Below are positions 25,101-40,100 of a stretch of DNA of 64,000 nucleotides, one piece after another. Under the pieces are notes generated by a model, which saw only the letters and a list, made by a program, of their open reading frames with translations, was not told the origin of the DNA and ran no database searches. The translations under genes were made by a program, and so were the position numbers. Source of the DNA: Tubulanus polymorphus (lineage: Eukaryota; Animalia; Nemertea); NCBI RefSeq assembly GCF_964204645.1, contig NC_134033.1:8254655-8318654 (forward strand), given 5' to 3'. Each line of letters begins with the position of its first letter. Within the stretch, counting starts at the first letter, position 1.

Positions 25101-28100
25101 CAGCTTATGAGAGCATAAGAAGGAGGAATCCAGATTTAAAGGAATATCGCAGTGAATCAGACGGACGATTAAAGGTACATTTAAAGTTATTTCATTTGGA
25201 ATGTATTGTTTCACATATAATTGTATTATAATTGAATATTCTTGTGATTCTAGTGGCTTCTCAAAGAATTCATACCATTCCTGGACGAGTGGGAAGGAGA
25301 AAAAGACCTGTATGAAGGTTTGATGAAGGCTCAAAACGCAAGAAAATGTTTGGGTTGGGAAACAATTGAAGGCTTCCGGATAACTGGTGTGTTTCTTCTC
25401 CTTATATCGATAGAAAACCTTTATATGTGATCAGCATTATATTGACAAAAATTTGATTTTATATATTTTCAGTGTTTTCTTTTACTGAGTTGACAGTCGA
25501 GTTACTAAATATCAATGGAGTCGAATATTTCCTCAGTGAGAAGCTCAGCCTAGAGGAGCACTTCTCAAAATGAAGAAGTTGTGGAGGAAACAGTGACATC
25601 CCCAATGCTGCCGCTTTTGGCCACAATGAACTAATGAGCAGGAAATTGTGCTAAGGCATCATCAAAAGGCAATTTCGTCGGTCGATTCAGGAGAGACGAC
25701 GACATAGACATTGAATCGGTTGTGCCTCTTAAAAGAAAAAAACGTATTTAAAAGTATAAAAGTGAATTTATTTGTATGTAAGCAGTACAAATGTGAAAGT
25801 GAATACACAGGTACACAGAAGATCAGTTCTTGTTAGCAAATACGATCCAGTATGTCGATCCAGTGTGTTATTACTCGTCTTAGCAAATTGTGACTCAGAT
25901 TTTTGTCACTGACAAAACGTGTCAATGTCTTCCAAGATTTTTTAATGGTTACACTCAGTTCAATTTGATGAAGCAGCTTTTCTTTGATATTTAATCCCTT
26001 CAATGAGTGTACATCATTTATTTGGAGATGAGGGCAAACAATATTCTCTGAACGAATATAGAATGAATCACATTTAAAACTAAGTTTGCATAAATTTTCG
26101 CCAATTTTCCGTGAGTGCTATACGCAAATAGTCGGTTTTCCTCAACGATTTGGAGTGATTTGTGTAATAACGTGCTGAAATTAAAGAAAAAAACCATTTT
26201 ATTGTTATATCCTATCATGTATATTACATTTCATCAACTAAAGTTTGTATTAAATTAATGTTTGTAAATATTATTGTAAATAATATAAAATGTTAGCCTA
26301 TCCTTAAGCTTTATTTGAATATATGAATAATAATCACTTCAAGTGAACTCACGCATAATATTTCTTATCCTTCTGGAAACTCTCATCGTCGATTCGCGGC
26401 GATTCCACGTCTACATAAATAAAAAGTATTTGCTTAAAATAGTGACTTTTATGTTGTTTTTCTGAAAGGATTAAAACAGACTACTTTCAGCCCTCTTCAA
26501 TATAAGGCTTTTCATGCTCAGTTAGGAAGCGGTATAACCTACCTTTATTGTCATTGGCAGAAGATAGGTTGAATTGTTCTTTGCAATGATTTGTTTCTAT
26601 CATTTGAAGCTCTATGAGATCAAATTCTGTGTCAGAAATTTCTGCATCGCTAGAATAGCCTGCCGCCATTTTGTATAATAACAACCGGTAACTATCAACA
26701 TACGGAAATTACCGAGTGTTGACTGAGAGTACCGAGTAAACATAAACTCGCACATATCGTATTATGTAATAAGCTCCGCCAAGTACGGTGTCATCGCTGA
26801 TACGATCAAAGACAGCTGACTCGTTCATACTCCATTCACTCCCACCTCCCTGATTAGAACAAGCCATAGGTGACAACAGTTCTCGGGCTTAGGCTCTAAC
26901 TCCTTAATTACCATGCGTTAGTTCCCATTGCATTTTAGTTCCACCGCTAGGAGGAGCACTAGGCCCATTCTTTGCACTGCACAACTAGGCCCTCACAAGG
27001 CTGGAAATTATTTGCCATATGACAGGCACCATGTTTTTGGGCGATATCATTCCAGTGCCTGCCAAATTAGGAAAAGCCCTAAAGCTTGGAATAATGTGAT
27101 GTCAATCGCTTTGTTTTAGGTAAAAATTGAAGTCACAGAATATAAATATTTGCATTCTCTATTGTAACAAACAGGATATTAAATTAAGACTTTAACACCA
27201 CAAAAGACTGAGCCAATGCAGTGCATGAAAGGCTGTTAAAATGTTTTTAAATCCATTTTTCACACACCCACGCACGCACCTACACACGCAGTTGGTACGA
27301 ACGGTCTCTCTACATAAAATGCATACAATACAAGATTGAAGAACCCACAATACATGCAACGTTGAAGAACAATAAAATATATCGTTGAAAATTGTGGGTA
27401 ACCACAGGTGAGTTAGCATTTAGCCGCTTTAGATCTAGGCAGACTTATAAAATCTTACAGCAATATGCCAAGACAGAGCAATTTTTGTATTTTGTGCGCC
27501 TACCTTTTGGACCAGCTGTTCCTGGAATTCCCATCAGTCCCATCTCTCCAATTTCACCTTTTTGACCTTTTGGTCCAACAGTGTCGTTACCGCGATCTCC
27601 CTTCTCACCCGGAATGCCATTGCGACCGAGACGCCCATTGAATCCATCCAATCCTAACATACCGGGATCACCCTGTTTATAGATAATCAGCACGTTAGTG
27701 CACAAATTGACTTTGCCTCATCGAATGTTCATAAAAACTATTAACTATTAAACCATTAAAACTATTGAAATATTTCTAAATAATCATATTTATTTCATCA
27801 CGTAAATCATCCCTTTAGAAAGATTTATTGCTAAATTCAGTGAGTATCTATTTGTTATGTAAGTTTTAATTTTGACTCAATGACTTAATGACAGGCGTTT
27901 TGGGAAGTAATAACATTTCAATTTCTGCAGGCAAAAAGATTTAGCCTATGCACCGTATTTCAAGTTTGTTAATTGTTCCTTATTTTGTATTAACTAATAA
28001 GTAAATTAATCTAGAGAAATGACAAATAAATTGTTCTCAAATATTACAACTACTTAAGGTTAATTTTGGTTTTCATAGATTTGAATCGCTGTCATTGCTT

Positions 28101-31100
28101 TGTACCATTTTTGATATATGAATAAATATATGATTTGCATCAAGTTTTGGACATACCGGCGCATCCAAACAGATCTCTACTCGAACCCAGCAAGTTCTTT
28201 CTTTTGAATCGACACGTTAAAAGAAGAACATTTCTTGAGAATTACTGCCATTTTGGTCCAGGGTTCGATTCTGACAATTAATCTAATTAAAGATTCTAGG
28301 ATAATTGCCCCCCCCCCCAAACAACTGCCCCCAGACAATCCTTCTTGATTTGGATTAACACCACCTAAATACTTTACTTAGAAATTCATTTGTATATTAT
28401 TGAATATAGATTTATTAGATATAGAATTACTGATGTTGTGTGCAAATCAAAAACTTTAAATCAGTCCTTGTGTAATTATAATTCACTTACCAAATTAAAG
28501 GAAACTTAATAAGTCCACTTATTGGTGCATTAGTTAACGATGGCTGATTTATTGGAATTAGTTTTAGTGTATTTTTAGCCATTCAAAAACTTAAAAGAAG
28601 TCCTAGAGTAATTAGCAAGAATTAGTTCACTTCACTTAGTCTAATTAATTTGAAGTAAATATCTGTGTTATTTTAAGGTTAAAAAGATTTAATTTGGGGG
28701 CAATTGTCCAGGGGCAATTTTCCTAGGGGGCAATTGTCGGGATACCAAATGAACACCAGGCAAGTGTTCAATTGAACGTTCAAATCAAAATTCCAAATGC
28801 AAAATGCAATATGGTCATAAATTTTCAGAACATGGATATAGGGGCCTATATTCATTTTAAATTTTCAGAATATATATATTTATACAATTATCCTTGTGGG
28901 TGCCGCGCGTGGGGGTGCTACTTTGCCATCGATGAAATTAATTGGTTTAATGGGCAATTTACTGAAAGATAGATCAATTACGCCGTACTTATTATGCAAA
29001 TGAGAACACCATACAGGTGGAGCGATATTGAGGAGTAGTATATAGTAAATTCCATATGCTTGGTTTATCGTATCATCGCAGCAATTCTACGCCTCTGGAT
29101 GGACATCGTTTCACCAACGTGGCTAATGCTGTGACCTGATCCGATATGGAGAACGCAAGGTATGGCCATGCGGCTTGATTTGAAACGCTTGTTTTGTCAG
29201 ACTTATCGGACTTATATTCATCTGAGACATTGTAGCGATGCAGCCATACACACGTATAAGGCAATGTCTTTTGAACTCGGCTGCCATTCCGAATCTATCT
29301 TCACTAATATTTCCTTTCAAAGGATGATCTAGTCAGCGAATATATAAGGTAAACTTAGACCGACTTGAGGATATTTTATGGAAGTTTTAATATTTGAAGC
29401 TTAGATCTGAGCGTGCTTACAGGACTTAACAGGTCCTCTTCTTCTCTTTTCAAATATGTTATTACGCTCACAAAAAATGAAAGCATGTTACCCATATCAA
29501 TATTGATCATTTGCAAAAATCACGTACCTTCCCACCTTTGATGCCTTCGAATCCTGGCTCACCAGGGAATCCCTTATCGCCGATTTCCCCAAACAGCCCG
29601 GAATCACCAGGTTCTCCGTGCTGGCCTTTTGGGCCACGGAAACTGTCTCCACCCATCGATTCTCCAGGTAAACCTTTCGGGCCTTCGAGTCCCGGATCTC
29701 CATCATCTCCTTGTTCACCCTAAATGTGGATAAATTCAAATCAACTAATAAAGAATAATCGCCACAATGTTGGCATTTAGAAAGTTCTTGACCTCAAAAA
29801 CACTCAGTCCAAAATCCAATCCCGCAGTTGTGAGCTGAAATTCATCTTTTGAGTTGAATCTGCAGAAATGAACTGATTTTTACTTGGTCCCTCCTTGAAG
29901 AAACATTACAGAATTCAACAGGAAGGTCCAGAACGTAATGCAGTAGTACATACATACTACGGTCGAGAAATGTCACAGCATTCAGAGCATATTGATACTG
30001 TAGTACAGGTGGTACATGTAGTTCATACTACGGCCGAAATATCGAGTGCCCTTTTTCTAATCAACCACACTTTTTTACAATCCGCTTTTTGTGACATTCT
30101 TTGAGAATAACAGTATAAAGGTAAATGACCTTAACCCAGAAAAGTTCTATAAGACTGTGTTAGTTAATTAAGGAATGGAGAAGGAATAGAGGATACATGT
30201 ATTTTGGTTTTGGTGCCCTTTCTCAAGAATTATAAGACCATTACGAGTATTGAATTTATGAATTTTGACTTATCTTAATTATCCAAAATAGTGACTTACA
30301 ATTAAACCGGGAAAACCTTCTCGTCCTTGTCGACCATTCTGTCCTTTAGTTCCATGCTCACCTGTGAGTCCCGGAGAACCTCTTTTCCCTGGTAGCCCTA
30401 CAAACAACACACACGGCCATTCAAACAAGGCATTTCAATATATTCTGATACCAAGAAATATCAATAAGAACTGCACGTTTCAATTAAAATCATAATGAAT
30501 AAAATAAATTGTAATGAATAAATTTTCATGGTTGTATGAAAAATTTTACAATGTAGGATTTAATCTGCAAGAAAAATCTTTTTTAATCTCTATGATTTGA
30601 ACCTCAAATTGTTACACTAAATGAAATCATACATTAAACCATTTGAGGCAATGGGTGCAAAGTTTTAACCTGCTAATTTTGCATAATACACGTTTTTCAA
30701 CCCCATATCAGACAGTCTTTTAAATGTTGTACCATGTCTGCTATATTGTATCTATGAGTTATGAAAAATAAATATACTAAATATACTATACAGGGGCGGA
30801 TCCAGGAAGAAAGACACTCTAAATATTTGGATGGATGTACGAAAGCTGTGGGTACTGGAGTGTGTAATGGGTAGTGTAGTGTGATCTGTGTGCATTTGTG
30901 GCCAGCACACAGATCACATTGTTCAATGGGGTTTGGTCCAGGACTCGCGTGATTTTCAACAACACGGAAGTAACGTGTAATAAATGATGACTTGAATTGC
31001 ATGACTACCTACCACCCCTCATTATTGTTGAAAAACTAACATTCGGCACTGACTAATAATTAGTAATAACATTCTAGAAATGGCCTATTCCATTCTAGAA

Positions 31101-34100
31101 TCTCATTTTTATTTTACAATTGCGATTGGTATAATTTTTTTTTTAAACGGCCGTTAAGGCTTCATGTTTCGTCTGCAATCCACTGCAAATAGTTACGCAA
31201 CTACACACATTTCAGTGTTTTTGGCAGCTGTACACTCAATCGGCACCATTCGTGACTAGCTTCACTGCGGAATTATCATTAATTAACATCGCCATATCAC
31301 ATCATCAACTTATATTGTGCCTTAAAACCCTAACAGCCGAAATAATTGAAATGCACACACGATTTCTATCACTGAAAATTGAGAGAGTGGCCACTGAGAG
31401 AGTGGAGTTTGCTGCTTGGCGTAAATCCCGCGCGGTGGCGCAACCGCGCGGAGTGGGGCCGATACGTCCAGGCCCAAATCCAAGGGGGCACCTGTCTGGA
31501 TATGTGTAACAAAATTTTGGGTGGAATGGATAGTTGTGAATATTAAATAGTTTTTACGTACACTAAAACGATGGTGAAGAAATCAGAAGTTATAGATCGA
31601 GTGTTTTATCCAGGGTTTGAAGTGCGCGCCAGCTGCCGAGACCGGTTTCTACGCGCCCTTTCCTCCATTCCCGTACAAAGGAAAAATTTTTTTTTTTGGT
31701 TCACTAGTTTAACCCCAGAAAGAAGCTTTTAGGAAATGTTTACTTGATAGAAATCGGTGAATTTGGAGCACTTTGAAAGTCTGAACCGAGCACAGTCACT
31801 CACACGGCGGAGAACCAACAAAAAGCGTGATGCAACACTCGGCAGTCGGCAATCTCGCAATAAAAGGCGCGCAATTCGCCGACTCAGACAGTCTTCTCTC
31901 CACCATTGTGGGGTCATGTTCAAGATGTATGTGGTCAAATCTCGTCGTGTGGTCGCCCTGCAGGGCTGTGGCGCCGTATGGGCGCGTTATTAGTTGAAGG
32001 GTCTGTAATATGTACGCGTCGTAGTTTAGTCGGCTGTACTTTTGTGTATATAGTAAAACAAGTCCCCTATATGTTTCCGAGGTAGATATGTGTCTTTTAT
32101 ATAAGTCTTTTGTTTTAATGTTCAATGTCCTATGATATGGGAAAAAGTGGATAAATAAAGTTTACATATGTAATGTTTGATCATAAAATAGGGATTGTTA
32201 TTTATTTGGTTGGTAAATTCTGTTTGATTTTCTGATTGAGTGTCCTTTACAGACCCACCACACCTGCCGGGAGCGAAACAGGGGGTTTGATTTTGAAATC
32301 GGAAATCGAAGTACTGATAGGCCTATAGTTGTGTGATCGGCGGTCAAGTTTATATATTTTTTTGTTAAAATCGAAGTACATGATTGGGAAATGTTAATGT
32401 GGCGGTACCCGAGGCGGGTAAGTCGTATTGCTCGCAGGGTAGTCCGTATACCTGGCTGCGTATAGTAGTAGGCCTACCAGTATATCTGGTCGCATAGTTT
32501 GTTCAGGGTAGCGGGTCGACCGAAGTTAATGATTGTATAGTCCCGGTTGTTGTCGTGTTCACATCGTATATAAGTTGCAGTTTTGGTGAGCGAGATGACC
32601 TCATTTAACAGTGTGAAATAAATATATGTTCCCGTAAACGTTTTGTATGATGAACCTTGAGTCGCGTGGCTCGCGAAAGTTTCGGTGAGGGATACTTAAG
32701 TCTGTGTATATAGTCAAGAGTTATTTCCCTCTTTCTCACTGATACGCCCCGTTGAGCTGATGGGAGCCTCACAACTTAGTGTCAACGTAGATAGAGCTGA
32801 GCTGCCGGTAGTGGAAGAATACGTCAGAGAACAGTTATAGTCGATTAGCCCGTTATTACGTACAGTGTATTTCTAATGAAAATAAAGTGTACACCGATTC
32901 ATTTTCCTTTAAACATGTGGTCATTTAGGTTGATTTTGGTTGTTTGTGGCTATTTGTATGAGCGAGTACCCCTGGATTGTGATTGAGCAGATGTGCTGCC
33001 GACTCGGCAGTAGAGGATCATCGAATAAGGCCCTGAAGTCCTTCGATGCAGCATTCGTCGGTTTTGTATCCTGTGGCGTTGGACATGCTGTCACGCCAGC
33101 AGGAGGAATGAGTGTTGAGGCGGAGTCCCTTATAGAATGAGATAGGGCGATTTTGGGTCTGGAGTAGGTGTGTGCCGGTTACTGTGTATCATGTTCCCGT
33201 TGAGTGGCCAATAACCCTAGGCGTGATGCTTTGTGTGGTAACTTTTCTCACCTCAAGCCGTACGAGTTCCGGGAGCCGCACACCTGAGTGTAATCGGGGA
33301 TTTTTGCATTCCTTTAAAGCCACTTCAATCTTCGGAATATTGAACACTATCTTTTTCCTGTGGAGGTACAGCTACCCCTTCTTAACTATACTAATTATAG
33401 TTATGTGGACGCAGGAGGACTCTTCGTAACGCTGCCTATACTGCCTAAAGCAGTTACCTTACCCAATTGTGTACAATACCAATTTTCATTCCCGGAGATG
33501 GAGATACATCTCTTTCTTATCCGTAAAAGAGGAGAGGATTCATTCGTAAATGGAGAGGAGACATTCGCAAGAGAAGAGGATTCATCAGTATAACTCCAGT
33601 GATCGTCCAGAATACATGAACTCACCATACATATATTTACATAGATATACATTTTGTGTGTTTTATGAAGGAGTTGTTCCAACAGTTATAACGGGTACAT
33701 GTACATTCAGGCTAGGCAAAATGCCAGAACGCGTAAAACGTTACATGTATCACAACAACAAGGCGAGCACCGAAGGTGCGAAGCCATCAAGAGGGGTTAT
33801 GGGGTCCTCCCCCAAGAAATCTTTTTTGATTTGAAGCCCTATCAGAGCACCTGAGGAATTATAATAGCAAAAAAATACCCTTGTCTGAATTTTAGGCAAT
33901 AACATACCACTTTTAGTATTTATTGCAATTTGAACGTGCCCTTTTTAGAATGTGATAATTATTGAGTCATGTTTTTGAGCCAACTATTTTTAGAGCCCTT
34001 TTCTGAATTTTTGGTAATTCAACGTGCCCTTTTTGGGAATGTTATGTGCCTTTTAGGATTTTTTACAATTTGAACGTGCTTCTTTTGGATATAGGTAGTC

Positions 34101-37100
34101 ATTGAGTCGTACCCTTTAGAGCACTTCAGTAATATGATTGAATGCGCCCTCTTTATGGAGATTAATTCTGCCCTGAACAGAATTTTTTTAACCTATTTTG
34201 GAGCCATTTTCTGAATTTTGGCAATTTGAACGTGCCCTTTTTCCGCAATATGATGTGCCCTTTTTGACAATATAACGTGCCTTTTGGTAATTGATTCAAT
34301 ATAATGTGCCCTTTTTGGCAATTGATTCAATATAATGTGCCCTTTTTCGCAATATAACATGCCCAATTGATTCAAATTCTAATTCATACAGGCCTTTCAC
34401 CTCAGACACAGGTCCCGACGTTGAATTTTGCGGGCACTGTAGCGGGCCGGGTGGTATTGTTATGAGAATTTTTTTGAAAAGGGCACTTGACAAATTTAAG
34501 GGGTCGCACGTGCAACCCCTGTATCCGCCCTGCTATAGATGAGCCGATGTGCATAGAAATAACTAAATTCCATGCACTTAAGAGGTCCCACATATAGACT
34601 CATCTAGGAATGAATTTTTAGAATAAATGTTCTCACCGATTGTAAAGGTACATTGTTATATGAGGAGCTGTTAAGCTTTTAGAATATACCTGACGATATA
34701 AACTGATAAATGGAAAAATTAATAGCCACAATTTTCAATGTCAGTTCTCTTATCACATATACTGGTAATGACTATAATCAAGCGATTACCAATGTGATTT
34801 TCTACAAAGGATACCCTAATCAGAACATATGTAACAAATGTTACTCATCCCATACCTATAAACCCTGGATCACCAGGGTCACCTTTAGCACCAGGCTTGC
34901 CGTCTGGACAAGTTCCACAGTCTCTACCGCGCATACCCTTCAGTCCATTGCGTCCGGAACGCCCATCGATCCCGTCATCACCGGTATCACCTGGCGGACC
35001 AGGTACACCAATCGGTCCTTGTTTACCTATGCCTTGAAATCCTAGAAATTCACAAAATCGAATCAAATAATAATAGAAATACTAAACAAGTAAGGCAAAT
35101 ACTATCCTTTCAGTTTATGTTGCACCTGCAGTGGACTATCTTTTCAGTAGGCTCACTACAAAAGTATGAATAAGGTTCTAAAACCATTCGTGAATTTTTA
35201 TGTCTTTTCATTAACACCTCGAAACCATGTGATGTATGATACATATACCGGTATGTAAATAAGGCCTGGTATCTGGTCAATATCAGAAACCCACAATATT
35301 GAAGACAAAAAGGCTCAACTATAAAATCTGATTTCCTGACCCAGTACCGCAGTTGCCAATAGTTAGAATTTGATTCACAAATGTGCAACTGGATCCTGGT
35401 TATGATCTAAATCATGAAATTAGTCAGAGTAAATTCAGACTTTTCTTAAATCGATATATTTTTGTGACTCGGAATGAAGTGGTATTTTTTTCCTGTATCT
35501 AGGATAAGTTGCAAAACATCATTATGGTGAAATGATATCGACCTTCGTTCTCACTAAAATGAAAACATCATACAAATATTAATTCTACTAACTCAAGATA
35601 TGAATGGTTTTTAGTAGAGCTAAATGTAATAGATACAGCTTAATCTGCACAGTATCTACAGGGCCACCTATATATACATAAATTTATTCAAAAAACAATG
35701 TATCACGATATCTCATAATCCTGATAAAGATCATTGGCCCTTAATGATCTAGAATAACATGTTTGCTGCCGGCTACAAATATACTCGTATTTCCGGTTGT
35801 GTCACCAGTGCCACAATATATAATTGAATATACATATTGAATATATTAGTACCGGTAGCTGATTCTTCCTATTTACAGTTGATTCTTCGTATTTGCATTC
35901 CAGCACATTGGAATGACACAGTTCCTTTTTGGCTAGCAATGTGAACAAACTCTGCTTTATTTGCAATGCTCATTGGTCAATTTTGAACAGAGGCTGACTA
36001 TATAACAGCTCCAGTGCCATTGTAGACGCATTCCAGAAGCACTGTATTATCATTCCAACAGCGAACGTCTTAAGTGGGGTCTATTTGTCAACACACGGAT
36101 AGCCTATTTGAACCCGGGTCTATTTTGAATAGCCGATGTCTATTGTTCCTCATCTGAACAGATATCTCGTGTGAACACAGCTAAAATACACCTTCTAAAC
36201 CTTTCCAGTCAAAAACTGTTTGGTAATCATAACAAAAAGAAATGAGTTAACCAAGTACTGTACACCTTCCCCTGGAATCCCATCAATCAGGTAAGGAAAT
36301 CAGTAAGCATTGCTTTGTCTGATGAAAGCATTGAAGTATGTTTTCGTTGCCAATGAGTTTGCACCTCCCTTTATTTTCACTTAATGATAAATGTTAATAA
36401 AACTGATAAATCTTAGTGATAAGTGATAAATGTATTTGGTCTCGAAATGATCTGGGAGCTTCCAGGGGAATGACTGCAAGTCAACAGACTTTCTAAAAAT
36501 TTATACATATTTGTTGAATTATTGTTGAATATTCTTTAAATGTAGTCTTAAACAGTTAAATGAATAATAGACATATTTAATACATGTAGCAGACTGGAAA
36601 GGATCACCGTGAGACTATTTTAGCTGATGTACAAATCTATGGATATAGTTGAAAACTGAGGTTTAATCTCAAGGTTATAGGGTGGGGGATTAGGTAGAAA
36701 ACCAGGTCCTGAAGGATGAGCGAGGATTATTGAGGCGGGATGCGTACAGGTCGGAACATCAAACCTGGAATTGAATGCATATGCTGGTACCTAATTGAGA
36801 AAACTCATGTTCTGACACCAAAACCAAAGCAGAGGAGAGATTATAAAATGACCAGTAAGCATGAGCGGCATCCCCAGGATATTTTAGGGGGGTTCGTTTT
36901 TAGGAATAGAGGGGTCTGGGGTTCCTTCCCAGAAAATTTTTGAAAGTCTCTTGCAAGCAGGCGCACTCTAGTGCAACCTGAGACTGGTTACCATTTACTT
37001 TGCATGTATCGATTATTATTTTGCTAATTTAGCGGATGCAGACCATGTGCTGACGTTCGTTGACGTTTGAAAATTCAAATAAGGGGTATGGACCCTCCTA

Positions 37101-40100
37101 GTGACACCCATGGTAAGACAGGCAGCAGATCCAGGAGATCTAATGATACTTTACTGAGACTCTCAAAATGTTGAGTGCCCATTATATTCAAAGATAATTT
37201 TTCGAAAAAAGGCCACAATTTCGCTGAATAAGAAATCTAAAGAATCATTTTGTGGGAAATTCCAGAGAAGGGTCAATAAGGTGCTGCCAGAATGCCTTAA
37301 TCTTAATTGCCCTATACAATATTTACCTAAACATCATTAAGATTTTTTCCCTAAAAAATGAAGTATCAGACAATATTTCAAACTCAGGGGCAGGGGTTAT
37401 ATCTATTTCTGGATTGTATATTTGAGAAAATAACAATGGCATAGACCTAAAAGTCTGAAGAATACCCTTGTATATAACACAGGGCTGAGGGGTATTCATA
37501 ATCAATTTTGAAAGTTTTGTTGTACAATGGGCTCAGCTAAAATCAGCCAGTTCCATTGGACTCGAAAATTAGTTACTCTCCGACTCAACTTAAGTACAGA
37601 TCTATATAGTCCAAATAATTTGATTACAGCGAATAGGGTTTTTTTTTCATTCTCGTAATGATTTCAGAACTTGATCCCAGGAATGAAAACTCCTTCGAGA
37701 GACTAGGATAACAATAAGGTGAAATTTCAATTCAGAGTTTTCCTGGTATTGTAGGATTTCATCTAAAGGATGGAGTTAGTACATTGTATCAAAAATACGC
37801 ATGATACAATTAAATGAAAAATTGGAAAACACCACAAAATAAGGACATACATATAACATACAAACAGGAATCAGAAAACATATAATGATTTAGGAAAACA
37901 TACAATGATTTAGGAAACTGATTGGGTCACAAACACAAACCATCGAGTAATATTTCTGAGCTGAACACTCAAAGATGAAACCTAGTTTACAGCCATGTGT
38001 AGATGTAACAGGCGACGGTGGAGCAGTTGGTCAGCCGAGCTTAGTTATCACAGTTAACCCAGGTGAATACACCATTAGCACAGGTAGGCCGCATTTGTAT
38101 TTATTTGGCCTGGTATCCCCAAATGCATGAGGCTAGGTATCCACACTTGTATTTGATCACCTTCCCCAATTATGGATCTTAAGCCTGACTCCGGTCGCAT
38201 AAGATCTGACGCAATGAACACATCGTAAGGAATCAAGACACAAATGCCATGTTCTACTATTTCTTACGATTATCAATTTGGATGGTATGTGACCTGTGCG
38301 TAATCAAGACCAATCTAAAGGTTGTAGCCAATAAACGGCGATGTACACATCACATGATTAAAGCGTTCAGTTCAAAATGATCGTTGATTTCAGATCACCT
38401 GAGTGTAACCTCACGATGTGACATAAGTGTTCTTAAGACCAAATTGCAGGTCATAGAGCGACCGAGTTGTTAGGCTTTGGGTTAAGTCTAAAGGAATAGC
38501 ACATAAACCCACAGGGGCAAACAAGCCATTCACTCCTGTGACCATAAATCTCACATTTAAACATGGCTTAAAACTACGTGATTTTCTGAGGGAACCGTCA
38601 CCTTTTTCAATACAACTGAATATAATATAACATAAACTTACCTTTCCCTAAAGTGGATAATAAGAAGAATATTTGGGATGTACAATATTACAAGTAACAC
38701 TAACAATTTCAAAAGCCGTAAAACAACAAATAAATCTAATCGATATTCTTAACTATGTACGAACAATAAATTGACTATGCAAAGCTAAACAAGTTGTTGT
38801 GTTGGTGGATTCCTTCTCAGATTTCAAGAGTAATTAGGAGCCTGACTGCGCTGCACCAACTATCCCACAAGATGGCGATCATGACAATAGGATATCAACT
38901 TGTTTGCCTTCAAAATACTGAGTTGAGGAAGCGTTTTATACCGGAAAAATACTGGAATCACCCGAACACTGTAAAATGCTGTGAACTAATAAATTGTGAA
39001 GATGAAGTTACCAGATCTAACCTTGTAAAATTCCTCAAAAGCCACGATGCATTATGAAAAATCACTTTATTCAAAATTTCTATTGTAAAAAGGTTTTCAG
39101 AATTTGTATACCGTAGTTATAATTTTTTTAATCGTAAAGCATTGTATTTTCGTTACTTTTTGTCTCACCTATTTCTATCAATGTATATACGTTTTGTTGA
39201 TTATGATTGAATTTTTTAGACCTCCTTAATATGTATATCTTGGTCAGGAGAATAAAGCTATTCTATCACATTCAACTAAAGTAAATCTTCGATGAACTTA
39301 CATCTATTTTTTCAGCCTCCAACATCAGACTAAGGCAAACCACGACTCTAGATAAGGTTTATGTATAGCACAATTTTTTTTCAGGATTCATAGAATTTGT
39401 GAAATCATGGATATATTTCATTTTGTCATATTGCATGGTGCGAAGGCAGTTTTTGCACAATTTTTGAAACTGTGATAAATTGGGTCTTTTGATTTTTGAG
39501 CATGGAATGTGTAGAATTGAATCGGCCCAACACAACAACAACGTAAAAAAGCTGATACATATTCTGCTTATGACACCTCAAAACATGTAAAGTAAAATAC
39601 AGTTATATCATACAACTCTTTGAACCGGTGAGGTTGGCAGCTCTGTATAGGAATCTAGGGGTATGGACCTCTACCTTCCCAATGAGGTGGCCCTTTTTTG
39701 TCAAGACAGATATCGTTAAAACCTGCAAATTAGACACTCATCATCTCCATTTTCATCTATTTTTAACACCAGAGGGCCCTCCCATTTGAACTCGGCATGG
39801 CTGCTCTATTCTAGGAATGCCTTTCTTTTCCACTAGGAACCACACCTAGATCTACCTGTGATATCCATGCTCTGAATAGGCAACATTGCACCATTTGAGC
39901 CTCAATAATAGAACATCAATCAACATATCCGTAATTCACTTCAATATGTGAGGTGTTGAAATATCGATTTTCAAAGCTCCATAAATTAAAACAGCGATTA
40001 AGTAGATAAAGCAGCAGCAGTGTGGTAACAACTTATTAAAAGCATTAATTATGTATTAAGCCTTTCTAACCCTATCTAAAAACAATTATGAAAATTTGTT

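Larger units (their letters stand above)
22667..26852 (+). mobile_element. Decayed P-element/THAP9-type DNA transposon (~4.2 kb)
   Basis: ~33-36-bp TIRs (GGAGGTGGGAGTGAATG(G)AGTATGAACGAGTCA) at 22669-22700 / 26817-26852; ATTAGAA duplicated at 22660-22666 / 26853-26859. Confidence 0.88.

Noticed and set aside
36266-36271. 6-nt GGGAAG microexon candidate in collagen-like context (DGIPGEG)
   Set aside because: Weak GTGTAC donor and purine-rich acceptor region; there is a stop upstream in the longer frame.
37327-37350. 24-nt AG/GT-bounded segment in intron 14
   Set aside because: It contains a stop in the required phase and is not Gly-X-Y; there is no support for a poison exon.
38011-38070. tRNA gene (A-box-like TGGAGCAGTTGG)
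   Set aside because: No B-box or cloverleaf; at best a decayed SINE head.
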